From Nitrososphaerales archaeon (GTDB lineage: Archaea; Thermoproteota; Nitrososphaeria; Nitrososphaerales; UBA213): DNA of 64,000 nucleotides. The stretch is taken from positions 64,001-128,000 of the forward strand of contig CBDAOC010000020.1 of the NCBI GenBank assembly GCA_965197925.1, in the 5' to 3' direction. The notes beneath the pieces are model-generated. The model was not told the DNA's origin. It did no database searches and worked only from the letters and a program-made list of their open reading frames with translations. Positions 1 through 10,468 of the stretch are shown here, one piece after another. A program made the translations under genes and the position numbers. How positions within the stretch are numbered: position 1 is the first letter of the stretch; every line of letters starts with the position of its first letter.

Positions 1-2
1 AG

Positions 3-1754
3 ACAAGAGGATTATCACCTGAGGAGACGCTTGAACTTTTTATTGTAAATGAACTTGCTAGATCAAGGGATCGGGCAGGTAAGATAGCAGATAGAGCGTT
101 TCCAGATGATAATGCTGGTGTGATTATGGCCTCAACTGGTGCTAGGGGTTCAACTCTTAACGTAGGACAGATGACGGCTGCATTGGGTCAGCAGTCCATC
201 AGGGGTAAAAGAATACAAAAAGGTTTTCATAACAGGGCCGTATCCCATTATTTACAAAATGACACAAACCCTGATGCTAGAGGTTTTGTAAAATCAAACT
301 ATAGAGACGGGTTGAATCCATTAGAGTTCTTCTTTCATGCTATGGGTGGTAGGGAGGGACTTGTCGATACAGCAGTCAGGACACAACAGAGCGGTTACAT
401 GCAAAGAAGGCTTATTAATGCTTTAGAACATTTGAAGATAGAATATGACTATACGGTTAGAGATCCACAGGGAGATATTATACAGTATCTTTACGGCGAA
501 GATGGAATAGATCCAGGTAAAAGCGATCATGGAAGTGCTGTCAATATAGAAAGACTGATCGCGTCAGAATCTATAAATGATGAAGGTAAGAAGGCTACAG
601 AGACTGAACTTAATGCGGTAATAAAAGATTATGGAAAGTTACTGAACTTCAAAATTTTGGATGATCTTGCGACTGAGTTAAGAAAGAACAAATTGAGCAG
701 AAAGGGAGTAGAAAAGGTGTGCAATCGAACTCTTGAGCTTGTTGATCTTGCGAGGGCCGAACCCGGAGAGGCTGTAGGCGTTGTTACAGCCCAATCAATA
801 GGAGAACCTGGAACGCAGATGACCTTGCGAACTTTTCACTTTGCTGGTGTAAAGGAACGCAATGTTACACTTGGTTTGCCTAGACTTATTGAGTTAGTCG
901 ACGCAAGAAAGAAACCCGCAACACCAACCATGGATATTTACTTTACAGATGAGCTTAGTGGTTCGCAGGAGCGAGTGTTGAAGATTGCTACAGAAATATT
1001 ATCTACTAAGTTGGTAGATCTTGTGGAAAAGACAGAAACAGATTACAGCACTACAATAAAATTCATACTCGATAGCGAAAAGATGGGAAAACGCGCTTGT
1101 ACTATAGACATGTTAACTGAATTATTGCAGGCTTCAAAAAAGAAACTGGAGATAACTGGTCAAGGCAATATTTTAGTAGTAAAGACCCCAGGAGAAACCG
1201 ATTCACAAACACTAATGACGTTACGGAGCAAGATATTGAATACCAAGGTCAAAGGAGTTCCTGATATAGAACGGGTAACGGTTGTAAAACAGAATGATAA
1301 ATGGATGATACAGACTTCAGGCTCAAATCTTGCGAAGGTACTTGCAATAGAAGGTATAGATCCTACTATGACCATTACTAACAATGTTTATGAAATAGCC
1401 ACAACGTTAGGTATAGAGGCCGCAAGAACCGCCATGATAAAAGAGGTTACCAATACACTTGAAGAACAAGGTCTAGAGGTAGATATGAGGCACATTATGC
1501 TTGTTTCAGATTTGATGACATCTAAGGGATACTTACAACAAATTGGAAGGCATGGAATAGCTGGAACAAAGACAAGTGTGCTTGCGAGAGCTGCTTTTGA
1601 AATTACGGTTCCAACAATTGCACAGGCAGCATTGAAGGGTGAGATCGAATCATTGAAGGGTGTAACAGAAAATGTAATAGTAGGTTCAACTATACCAGTT
1701 GGGACAGGAATGGTGGAGTTATATATGAAAGTCGACGAAACAAGTAACTCATAA
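3..1754 (+). CDS. rpoA: DNA-directed RNA polymerase largest subunit, fused A'/A'' (5' truncated by window edge)
   Basis: Frame open from position 3. A' motifs (FFFHAMGGREGLVDTAVRT, GYMQRRL) run in frame into A'' motifs (AQSIGEPGTQMTLRTFH, LGLPRL, RAAFE, GVTENVIVG). Confidence 0.97.
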   Translation, partial: TRGLSPEETLELFIVNELARSRDRAGKIADRAFPDDNAGVIMASTGARGSTLNVGQMTAALGQQSIRGKRIQKGFHNRAVSHYLQNDTNPDARGFVKSNYRDGLNPLEFFFHAMGGREGLVDTAVRTQQSGYMQRRLINALEHLKIEYDYTVRDPQGDIIQYLYGEDGIDPGKSDHGSAVNIERLIASESINDEGKKATETELNAVIKDYGKLLNFKILDDLATELRKNKLSRKGVEKVCNRTLELVDLARAEPGEAVGVVTAQSIGEPGTQMTLRTFHFAGVKERNVTLGLPRLIELVDARKKPATPTMDIYFTDELSGSQERVLKIATEILSTKLVDLVEKTETDYSTTIKFILDSEKMGKRACTIDMLTELLQASKKKLEITGQGNILVVKTPGETDSQTLMTLRSKILNTKVKGVPDIERVTVVKQNDKWMIQTSGSNLAKVLAIEGIDPTMTITNNVYEIATTLGIEAARTAMIKEVTNTLEEQGLEVDMRHIMLVSDLMTSKGYLQQIGRHGIAGTKTSVLARAAFEITVPTIAQAALKGEIESLKGVTENVIVGSTIPVGTGMVELYMKVDETSNS

Positions 1755-2670
1755 TTAATATTCTAGAGTATACCCGATATACTTGTTCAAGTGGTTAAAG
1801 CAATAATGAGAAGTCAATAAGGGGATGAGAGATACATTAATAAAACTTCCAACATAAAACTTGAGATACAATATCAAACCATTGTTAAATAAATTACTTT
1901 CTGAAAAGTGTTTTTCTGTGAATCAAGTGGTATTCTCACAAATTGGTGCTAGTGATTTTAAGTATTTCTTTTTCCACTTCATTTGGGGTATATGTCAGTC
2001 TCGTAGATAATATATGCAAATTGAAGAATGTTCAGGGGTATTCTATGAAGAAGGTAAGTTGTTTCGAGATAGGAATATCCAGAAAGAACAAAATACAGTC
2101 AATTGTACTGGGAATGAAATACTCCAACATAAATTCAGTAACCATTATTTCTAGTCTCACTACGAGTAGAACTATTAATGTTATTTTGGTGGAGGAGTCA
2201 TTCTTTCTCAAAACCTTGTCTGAAACTGTAACGGCGTTATCGAGTATTGTTGCTAATCTTGCAATGATATTTAGCATTTCAATACCTCACAATGACATTA
2301 TTAACTACATGATACTCAGCCATGTTAGCATTAATGGATTGTTTAGACCAAGTTATCTTCAAAAATCAAAGTCTTTTTCATAACCCTATCACGAACCTTG
2401 TAGCCTGAATTAATTCTGGTTACCATTATTGAAGGGAGATCGGCAACCTGAGAAATTAGTAAAAATTCATTATATAAATAAACTAATTATGCAAACTCGT
2501 GATATTTAAGTCAAAGTAATCCATCGTAAAAAGTATGCAAAAAATCACAATAACACAAAAGGATCAATTTTATCATGTGTCCCGAAACCAAGTATTGGAA
2601 GAGATTAGAGTTTTAGGATTGATTGATTGATTCAGAAGGTAATATTGATATTTCTAGTTATTATGATGTG

Positions 2671-2778
2671 ATGAAATTAAGAAAGCTCTATATGTATAAA
2701 ATATGTAACAAACACAATAAAGCTTCTCTTTCGAAGCGCACTTACAGGCAGCATATTCAACAAGAACATGCTTATTAA
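2671..2778 (+). CDS. Small degenerate C2H2-zinc-finger-like peptide (35 aa), possibly decayed
   Basis: Manual translation MKLRKLYMYKICNKHNKASLSKRTYRQHIQQEHAY. HxxxxH is present; the first Cys position is Tyr. Confidence 0.3.
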   Translation: MKLRKLYMYKICNKHNKASLSKRTYRQHIQQEHAY

Positions 2779-2998
2779 TTTCGCATTAATTACCAAATAA
2801 GATTCGTAAATTTGGAAAATAATATACTCGAAAGAGGTAAAACGGTAGGCTGTACAAGGACAGGGATAAAGTGAGTTTATATTTAAATAAGTTCAAACGC
2901 AAAAATCAATCAATATGCAAGCCGATTAGGAATCATTCTGTGCCTAAATTGTAAAAAGTGGGTATGCTCACTTGGCATTTTGAATAATTGAGAAGAGA

Positions 2999-3247
2999 TT
3001 AGTACAACCATACTCGAAATGGCTCCTTAACATACCTCCTAAAAATGCTGAAGACTTCCCTAGAGGTTTTGACATATTCCCACTTTTCACCACTCCCCAT
3101 ACAGATGTTCACCGTATATTCATTTGCGCTTCTCGTAATGAATGTAAGGAATCCGGCGTCATCTTGGATTCTAATACCCTCATCTAAATCGAGTTGCGTT
3201 AGTGTTCTGAAAAGATCATTAGACTTAATCTCTTTTTCCCTATACAT
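2999..3247 (-). CDS. Hypothetical protein (82 aa)
   Basis: ATG start, globular-looking composition, divergent from the CysRS-like gene. Confidence 0.65.
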   Translation of the reverse strand: MYREKEIKSNDLFRTLTQLDLDEGIRIQDDAGFLTFITRSANEYTVNICMGSGEKWEYVKTSREVFSIFRRYVKEPFRVWLY

Positions 3248-3352
3248 GCAGTAAATACAATGTTTATGCTATATCAATCATTCAAGTTTAATTAGTAATC
3301 TAACCTTAAAATGCTATATGGTTTATAGAACGTTCAAGCATATAAGTTAAGG

Positions 3353-4531
3353 TTGGTAACAATATTCAATACTCTGAGCATGCAAAAGGAACGGTTCCAA
3401 TCGTTAGATCATCCCAGTGTTAGGATATTCATTTGTGGACCAACTCTTTACGATTATGCGCATCTGGGTCATGCTAGAGTAATTTTGATGTGTGATGTCA
3501 TTGCGAGGTATCTCAAATCTAAAGGCTATAAGCCATTCATATTGTTGAATCTTACTGATATCGATCCTAAGGTGTTTAACCAATCAAGAAGAGAGAATCT
3601 AGACTACAAAAGTATGACCAGAAAGTACAATGAAGAACTAAAGAAGGATCTAACATTGTTCAATGTTGAAAATATAAATGCCATTGCGATGGCAGGAAAT
3701 TATATTGAACATATAAAAAAGAATATTACAAAACTGCTCGAAGAAGGTTATGCGTATTCTGCCAACGGAAATATTTATTTTAATACAATGAAAACGGGAG
3801 GATATGGGACACTTTCACATCAAAGTGTGAAAGAAATGGCTATACATAGAATCGATCTTGCTCCAAACAAGAAGAATCATTTTGATTTTCTTATATGGAA
3901 TTGTAGAGACAGCTTCGATATATATTGGAAAAGTGATTATGGTGCAGGCATACCATGGTGGCATATACAGGATACCACTATTGCAATCTGCGTTTTCCAA
4001 TCACGATATGATATTCATTGTGGCGCTAGGGAATTGCTTTATCCACATCACGAAGCTCATCTAGCACAAATGAAAGCACTAACTAAAGAAGAGAGACCAA
4101 TAGGATATTGGGTCCATACTGGGATATTGAAAATAAATGGTAAAAAAATGAGCAAGTCCACAGGAAATGTCATTTTTATACGTGATGCAGTGATGAAGTA
4201 TGGTTCCAACGCTCTACGTCTGTATATTTTGTCGAAGCATTACAGAGAAGATATAATCTTTGATGAAAACGAGCTTGTAGCAATTAAAGGGAAAGTTACA
4301 CTAATTCACAATGCGTTGCATAAGCTGACAAATGCTACACAGAGAGTAGAGGAAGAAAACATGTTTGTTGATCAGTTTTATAATGCAATGGACAATGATC
4401 TGGATACTCCAGGCGCCATTACTGCCTTAATAGAACTTTGCGAATATATTGTAGACGAAAATATTACACCAAATAAAGTGCTGAAGGGCGAATTAGATAA
4501 GATGCTTGCCATTGTTGGTTTAATACCATGA
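3353..4531 (+). CDS. CysRS paralogue / MshC-like class I ligase (truncated, altered Zn site)
   Basis: CGPTLYDYAHLGHAR (HIGH), KMSKS and AMDNDLDTP present. PGWHIEC is PWWHIQD; PHHENE is PHHEAH. The protein ends at 392 aa without the C-terminal anticodon-binding segment. Confidence 0.85.
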   Translation: MVTIFNTLSMQKERFQSLDHPSVRIFICGPTLYDYAHLGHARVILMCDVIARYLKSKGYKPFILLNLTDIDPKVFNQSRRENLDYKSMTRKYNEELKKDLTLFNVENINAIAMAGNYIEHIKKNITKLLEEGYAYSANGNIYFNTMKTGGYGTLSHQSVKEMAIHRIDLAPNKKNHFDFLIWNCRDSFDIYWKSDYGAGIPWWHIQDTTIAICVFQSRYDIHCGARELLYPHHEAHLAQMKALTKEERPIGYWVHTGILKINGKKMSKSTGNVIFIRDAVMKYGSNALRLYILSKHYREDIIFDENELVAIKGKVTLIHNALHKLTNATQRVEEENMFVDQFYNAMDNDLDTPGAITALIELCEYIVDENITPNKVLKGELDKMLAIVGLIP

Positions 4532-5259
4532 GGATAAAAGATATGGAGGATAATGAAAACAGTTTCGTTGCTTTATGGAGTAATAAATTGCAACTCGATT
4601 GCGCCGTACTATATTCAAATTCCGAAATGAATGATGATCAATTTTTCAATAGGGTTACTGACATAAACTGTCGTGAATATGGTGTTGTAATAGAAAGAAT
4701 AGAAAGAGAGTTTGCTAAACGTAGAGTTAAACCATTTGTATATTGTCAAGGGAATAATATCCTAAGTGAAGAACTTAAGCGGAGAAATTATGTTCTACAT
4801 GATTCAATGCATGTATTACAATTTAGTGGAGCAAATCTGAAAATTCCTGACAACATTAGGATTGATCGTGTAGACAACACCAATATGGGTTATTGGGTGT
4901 CTGTTTTCTGCATGGCTTTTCAATCTGAGAATTGGTATACTGAAATAAGAAGGATAGTTACTGAGACATTAGATAGAATACAGTTCTATGTGGCTTACTT
5001 CGATGCGAAGCCTGCAGGATGTAGTGCATATTATGTAAAGAATGCCTTGCTTGGACTCTATTCTTTAGGAACATTAAGCAATTACAGGGATAAAGGAATA
5101 GCTACTGCTTTAATTGCTAAAGCTGCAAATATAGCTAGTGAAAAAAAAATAACACTTTACCTACAGACATTTAGGGCAGATGGGTTTCTAGGTATTTACA
5201 AAAAGCTTGGATTTACACAGGTATACACAAAAGAGGTTTGGAGTAAAGAGAAGGGATAA
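4528..5259 (+). CDS. GNAT family N-acetyltransferase
   Basis: Acetyl-CoA motif A YRDKGIATALI and C-terminal YKKLGF. ATGA overlap with the upstream gene. Confidence 0.9.
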   Translation: MRIKDMEDNENSFVALWSNKLQLDCAVLYSNSEMNDDQFFNRVTDINCREYGVVIERIEREFAKRRVKPFVYCQGNNILSEELKRRNYVLHDSMHVLQFSGANLKIPDNIRIDRVDNTNMGYWVSVFCMAFQSENWYTEIRRIVTETLDRIQFYVAYFDAKPAGCSAYYVKNALLGLYSLGTLSNYRDKGIATALIAKAANIASEKKITLYLQTFRADGFLGIYKKLGFTQVYTKEVWSKEKG

Positions 5260-5715
5260 CATCAGATAGGAGTAGTTGATTAAAACATACTCCAGATTTA
5301 TAAAAAAAAACTATTACAAGGCTTAATGAATCGCTGCTTGTAGTGAAAAGATTTCATAACCTCCAGATGGTAAGACCTATTACCAGTATATTAACTGGTG
5401 ATAGAAACAATTTTTTTGTTAAACGCTACTGTAACGAAAAAATCTCATAAGGTGTCAAATAGCGACACCAACCAATTAATACTTAAATTGCCGTTTCATT
5501 GGATTAACGTTCAAATCACTACTAGGATTTTATACCTTGTTGATAATTTCATCTCGATCGATATATTTTGACTAGGACATCATTTCCATAAACTCATATT
5601 TCCATAAACTTATTTTGAAGTAAATAATAGGCTCCCACAACCTAATATTCAAGACGGTTGGTATTGGACAAGGGATTGCTTTCCCAACTCTTTATAAGAA
5701 AGACCACAAATTATA

Positions 5716-6669
5716 TCAAGCTAACTGATGTGAATCAAGTTTCTTGAGTAATGCAGCGAACAGGAATGGGACAACTATAGTTGCCTCTCCTTGTACAGTG
5801 ATATATCTGGCATTTCTATTCACTTTACCCCAAGAGATCGCTTCTCTAATAGGTGCGCCACTTAAGCTACCATCATATTCAGACGCTGTTGTTATGTATG
5901 CTGCGTAATCTAGCCCACCTCTGAACTGATTCCACCATAATGTGTGATGTTTAGATATGCCTCCTCCGATTATAAAAGCACCGGATTTCTTCGCATTGAA
6001 GACATCTTCTGATAATTTATCAGAATCTTTTATGAGATTTATCTTAAAATCCCGGTGATTCTGAGCAAATAACCATATCTGGCTCCCCACTGCGCCGTCC
6101 ATAATACCAGGTACAAATACCGGAATGTTATTCTTACTTGCCCAATACAGAAAAGATGAAGTCTTAAGGTTTTTGCCAAACATTTCGCATAGTTCATGTG
6201 TTGAGATTTCTTTCTTTCCTGTGGAGTAAATACCTTTAAGGAATTTTTGTACTTTGTTTTCTAACAAAGGTCCATAATTCTTTGTTGGTATTAAGACGTT
6301 ACCAAGCCTATGTATATTACTTGAAGCAAGTTTAACGTCATCAAGACTAAAATTACCATCGTAATAGTCTGAGTACGTCCTCGCGATATCATGATCTAAG
6401 GCGCCACAGGTTGTTATTACCGCATCAAAAAGTTTCATTTTTATCATATCTTTAATTATCCCACGCAAGCCCGTTGAGATTACTGAACCAACGAAAGAAA
6501 TGAATTTGAAACATTGTTTGTCATCAAGCATATCGAACAGTATTTGCAGGGCTTCTGACATGTGCTTGGCAACAAAACCACCCGAATTGGACATTTGGTC
6601 GAATACAGAATTGATATCGGAATAATTATTTAGACTGATGTCTCTTACACGTTTGTTAAGATATTTCAT
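5716..6669 (-). CDS. dys: Deoxyhypusine synthase
   Basis: STGLRG, IHRLGNV, PGIMDGAVG, GGGISKH, DGSLSGA and EAISWGK (active-site Lys). Confidence 0.95.
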   Translation of the reverse strand: MKYLNKRVRDISLNNYSDINSVFDQMSNSGGFVAKHMSEALQILFDMLDDKQCFKFISFVGSVISTGLRGIIKDMIKMKLFDAVITTCGALDHDIARTYSDYYDGNFSLDDVKLASSNIHRLGNVLIPTKNYGPLLENKVQKFLKGIYSTGKKEISTHELCEMFGKNLKTSSFLYWASKNNIPVFVPGIMDGAVGSQIWLFAQNHRDFKINLIKDSDKLSEDVFNAKKSGAFIIGGGISKHHTLWWNQFRGGLDYAAYITTASEYDGSLSGAPIREAISWGKVNRNARYITVQGEATIVVPFLFAALLKKLDSHQLA

Positions 6670-6747
6670 ATGCTTGCTATAGTGTTGAGATATAAATTGT
6701 TTAAGAAAATGGAAAAGATTATTTTATCCTAATCATGGCCTAACTAT

Positions 6748-7815
6748 GTGGTCAAAAAAGTAAAGGTCGCAATTGTTGGTATTGGCAATTGTGCTTCTGC
6801 ATTGATCCAAGGAACAAAATATTATTCTGAGAATAATAATGACGCAATTGGACTTACGGAATATAACTTGGCTGGTATTGAACCTGGTGGGCTAGAGTTT
6901 GTAGCTGCGTTTGATGTTGCAGAAACTAAAGTTGGAAAAGATCTTTCAGAAGCTATTTTTGCCAAACCTAATAACACAGTGAAGATATGTGATGTTGAAA
7001 CTACAGGTATAAAGGTTGAGAAAGGTAATGTGTTGGATGGAGTAGGCAGACATCTAAGTGATGTTTTAAAAATATCTAATACTCCTACTGTTGATGTGAA
7101 CAAGAGATTGAAGGAATCCGGTGCTGAGGTTCTTGTCAATTATTTACCTGTAGGAAGCAGAGATGCAACGAGGTTCTATGCAGAAAAATCACTTGAAGCT
7201 GGTTGCGCATTCATAAATGCAATACCTGTGTTTATTGCATCAGACCTTAAGTGGCAACAAGCATTTCTAGAGAAGAGTCTACCCATTGCAGGTGATGATG
7301 TAATGAGCCAGATTGGTGCAACGGTACTGCACAAAAGTTTGGTGAAGTTACTTGTTGATAGAGGTGTAAAGGTGGATGAGACATACCAACTGAATATTGG
7401 AGGTGATACTGATTTTTATAACATGCTGGATGAAGAAAGACTTGAGGATAAGAGAGAGAGTAAGTCAAGTGCTGTAAAAGCAATGATTCCTTATGAAGTT
7501 CCAATGCGAATAGGCCCAAGTGATTTTGTTCATTTTCTAGATAATGAAAAAGTATGTCATGTATATCTAAAAGGGAGATACTTTGGAAACATCCCAGTTG
7601 AAATTAATGTAAAATTGAATGTAATAGACGCATATAATAGTGCAGGAGTGATGATTGATGCGATTCGTGGAACAAGGGTCGCATTGGATCGTTCTATAGC
7701 TGGACCATTAACAAGTATATCCGCATACTGCTTTAAACATCCACCTCAACAAATGCCATATACAGATGCGAAAATGGCATTTAGAGAGTTTATTTATGGT
7801 AAAAGGGAGCGCTAA
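6748..7815 (+). CDS. ino1: myo-inositol-1-phosphate synthase
   Basis: GIGNCAS, NYLPVGS, FINAIP, GDD-SQIGAT, YQLNIGG, D-NSAGV, FKHPP. Confidence 0.95.
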   Translation: MVKKVKVAIVGIGNCASALIQGTKYYSENNNDAIGLTEYNLAGIEPGGLEFVAAFDVAETKVGKDLSEAIFAKPNNTVKICDVETTGIKVEKGNVLDGVGRHLSDVLKISNTPTVDVNKRLKESGAEVLVNYLPVGSRDATRFYAEKSLEAGCAFINAIPVFIASDLKWQQAFLEKSLPIAGDDVMSQIGATVLHKSLVKLLVDRGVKVDETYQLNIGGDTDFYNMLDEERLEDKRESKSSAVKAMIPYEVPMRIGPSDFVHFLDNEKVCHVYLKGRYFGNIPVEINVKLNVIDAYNSAGVMIDAIRGTRVALDRSIAGPLTSISAYCFKHPPQQMPYTDAKMAFREFIYGKRER

Positions 7816-8570
7816 AGTGATTTATAGATATCACTTTTGACGTCTTCAAATCGTATCTCACGGGTCCTTCTAGCATTATGGATATCAATATCCATAACTA
7901 ATATCTGCTCGTTTACAGATGCTAAAGCGTGCTTTGGAACTGCTATGTTGGTCTTTTCATCGTATTCCAAATCAACGATCATGCTCTTCCCTCCAAACTG
8001 CTTGTTGCACATATTTGGAGCTGCTACAGGAATTCTGTTCTCAAGTGCCCTAACCTGAAGATATAGATGCCAAGGTATTATACCTCCCTCTCTTATGCGT
8101 GAGGGATAAAATATCAAATCCGCACCTTTGCGAGTGATGGCCCTAGATACCTCAGGAAAGACAATATCGTGACAAATTGATATACCAAATTTATATTTTC
8201 CAGCAGTAAATATCTCAACTCGGTTTCCACTTTGGACCATTTTACGTTCTTCCCCAAATGGATGTATCTTCAATTGCCTACCTATTATCCTGCCTCGATA
8301 GTCAATAACAGGGCACGAAATATATCTAATGTTTCTTATATATTCCATGAATGCTCCTGCTATTACAATAGTATCACACTTGTTTGCAAAATCAATTATT
8401 TGGCCGAATTCTTCTTCAAAATTCTCTATATTCTTTGGATACCATTGTTCGGGTAGACATACAATGTCTGGCTCCGCAGCTTCTGCGTTTTTAAGAAGTT
8501 TAATCACCGACTCTACCGATTTTTCTGTATCTTCCTGCATTTGTAGCTGTAAAAGTGCAATCCTCACCAT
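7812..8570 (-). CDS. Carbon-nitrogen hydrolase (nitrilase superfamily)
   Basis: Glu-Lys-Cys triad in LPEQ / LKIHP / ICHD; RALEN motif. Confidence 0.9.
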   Translation of the reverse strand: MVRIALLQLQMQEDTEKSVESVIKLLKNAEAAEPDIVCLPEQWYPKNIENFEEEFGQIIDFANKCDTIVIAGAFMEYIRNIRYISCPVIDYRGRIIGRQLKIHPFGEERKMVQSGNRVEIFTAGKYKFGISICHDIVFPEVSRAITRKGADLIFYPSRIREGGIIPWHLYLQVRALENRIPVAAPNMCNKQFGGKSMIVDLEYDEKTNIAVPKHALASVNEQILVMDIDIHNARRTREIRFEDVKSDIYKSL

Positions 8571-8917
8571 AGAGCATTCACATATCTTTCAGATATTAAT
8601 TGATTTAGGTATTAAATAACCTAATTGTGGCGTTTCATCTCATATCGTTGGGTATTTTCTTTCTTGATAAAGTATGGAATTATTCAATTAGACTGTTCCG
8701 TCTTTTAAAAGACCTTCTCTTACTAATAAATAGTTTCAAACCTTTATCTATACAAAAAATTAATTATGTTTGAATTTTGAATCCTATGACATTACTTTGG
8801 GTGGACAGAACATTCGAATACTTTGAAGAACGTTATAAACAACTAGGTAACTTTTCCATGATCTTTTCAGATGAATAGAGCGGAAAGTATATAATCTATA
8901 ATTACAAACAGCAAAAA

Positions 8918-9250
8918 GTGCCTTCCAATAAAAAACGAAATAAAGTAAAATCTAAAGCGAAGATGGCAGCTAAACACATAAAGGAATTAGGGATAGAACT
9001 TGGGAAGGTTGCTGGAGAATCGGGAACCGATATTGGAAGAAAAAGTTCTAACAGGGCAACAATGATAGCAAAGTCAGCTAATGTTAATGCGACAAAATTA
9101 AGGAAGAAAGGACTATTGGTAATGAAGAAATTAACATTATCTCCTGAGGAGAATTTAGCTCTGCTAAGAGTTAGCCACACTTAGAGAACGCGGCGTGATC
9201 ACGGAGAAAGAGTTTTTAGCAAAGAAAAGAGAAATACTGATAGAGTTTAG
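8918..9250 (+). pseudogene. SHOCT-domain protein, frameshifted
   Basis: The ORF stops at 9184, but the +1 frame from 9168 reads ELATLRERGVITEKEFLAKKREIL, a SHOCT consensus. Confidence 0.7.
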
Positions 9251-9316
9251 GAATTTACTTAATCATAGTTGGAATCCCAGCAAAGGATTTAAACAAAGGA
9301 ATAGCACTACTTCTCG

Positions 9317-10039
9317 TTGGAACAACATATAAGTGAAAAGAAAACAATTGTATTGAAAGCACAAGTTACAGAAGAGGAGGCGAGGAAAATTGTGGAAAAA
9401 AAGAAAACCAAACTATTCGGGTCCGTTTTGCGTAAACCAAATCCTGATGATATTCATGTTACAATTGAACTTTTTTACGAAGCCTTCCTCTTATTGGGTG
9501 GGAAGATTGCTCTCGACTATTATAGAAAAGCTATACACACAGTTACCGTTGACGACGTTGTAAAAGAAATAGTGATAGGTGATGGGATTTTTCAGGCCAA
9601 GAGTGAGTCCAGAGTTTGGAAGAAATTAAAGCAAGGGATGAAGGCTAGTGTAGGTATGCATAAAGGAAAAATTGACCTAGAAGTAGAAGAACATGTAGTA
9701 TTGGAGAATGATGGTGATATAACGCTTAACAGGCAAGGAGATGAGATCAAATTTTCATATAAAATTAATTCAGAGATGATAGAAAATTACCCAACAAGAA
9801 TTTTAAGTGAATATGAGAAAAAAATTAGAAAATTGGAAATAAACTTAGAAGATGCAGTCCAAATGTTAAGTTCTAAATTGATGAGAGAAGAAAAAGGTGA
9901 TATAAGGATGGTATCTGAAACGTTATCTGTATATAAGACAAATGAAATTTACGTTCCCATTTATGAAGCAAGATGCAACGCTCCCCCTAATAAAGTTAAT
10001 ATTTTTAGAATAGATGCTATTAGCAGAAAGATCCTTTGA
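9317..10039 (+). CDS. Hypothetical protein (240 aa)
   Basis: Long ORF with normal composition; C-terminal IYVPIYE...RIDA segment. Confidence 0.8.
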   Translation: MEQHISEKKTIVLKAQVTEEEARKIVEKKKTKLFGSVLRKPNPDDIHVTIELFYEAFLLLGGKIALDYYRKAIHTVTVDDVVKEIVIGDGIFQAKSESRVWKKLKQGMKASVGMHKGKIDLEVEEHVVLENDGDITLNRQGDEIKFSYKINSEMIENYPTRILSEYEKKIRKLEINLEDAVQMLSSKLMREEKGDIRMVSETLSVYKTNEIYVPIYEARCNAPPNKVNIFRIDAISRKIL

Positions 10040-10468
10040 AAGGGTTATATGATCTATATATTATCTGATTTCGTTGAATTCTACAAATTCTTGGTTAATA
10101 AAGGAATAACCTTTACGATATCGACATGTAAGAAATAATTCTTATAACGAGTTTCATATTTTTAATTTCGAATTTGTTAAAGATTAAAATTTACAAATAA
10201 TCAAATGTGAGATATTTTGTTTGTTTTGTTCTAAGGTTAATGGTATTTCCCATTCAGTAAATATTTCTTACCAGAATATATCTAGATTTATTGGTTAATT
10301 GATCAGCGGCAGTCCCAAAAGAAGGTTAGGAAACCTTTTCAAAATAATTATGAATAGAAACAGCTTTCAAGGTTAATTTTTTCTCTCACTCTGTAATTAT
10401 TGTTTTTCTTGTCAAGCGAAATTGGTCATTACTTATTATGCCGAGTGGTGAGAGATAAGATAACCCAC

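Noticed and set aside
1943..2383. Overlapping 146-aa (+) and 81-aa (-) ORFs
   Set aside because: No recognisable motifs; I cannot decide which, if either, is real.
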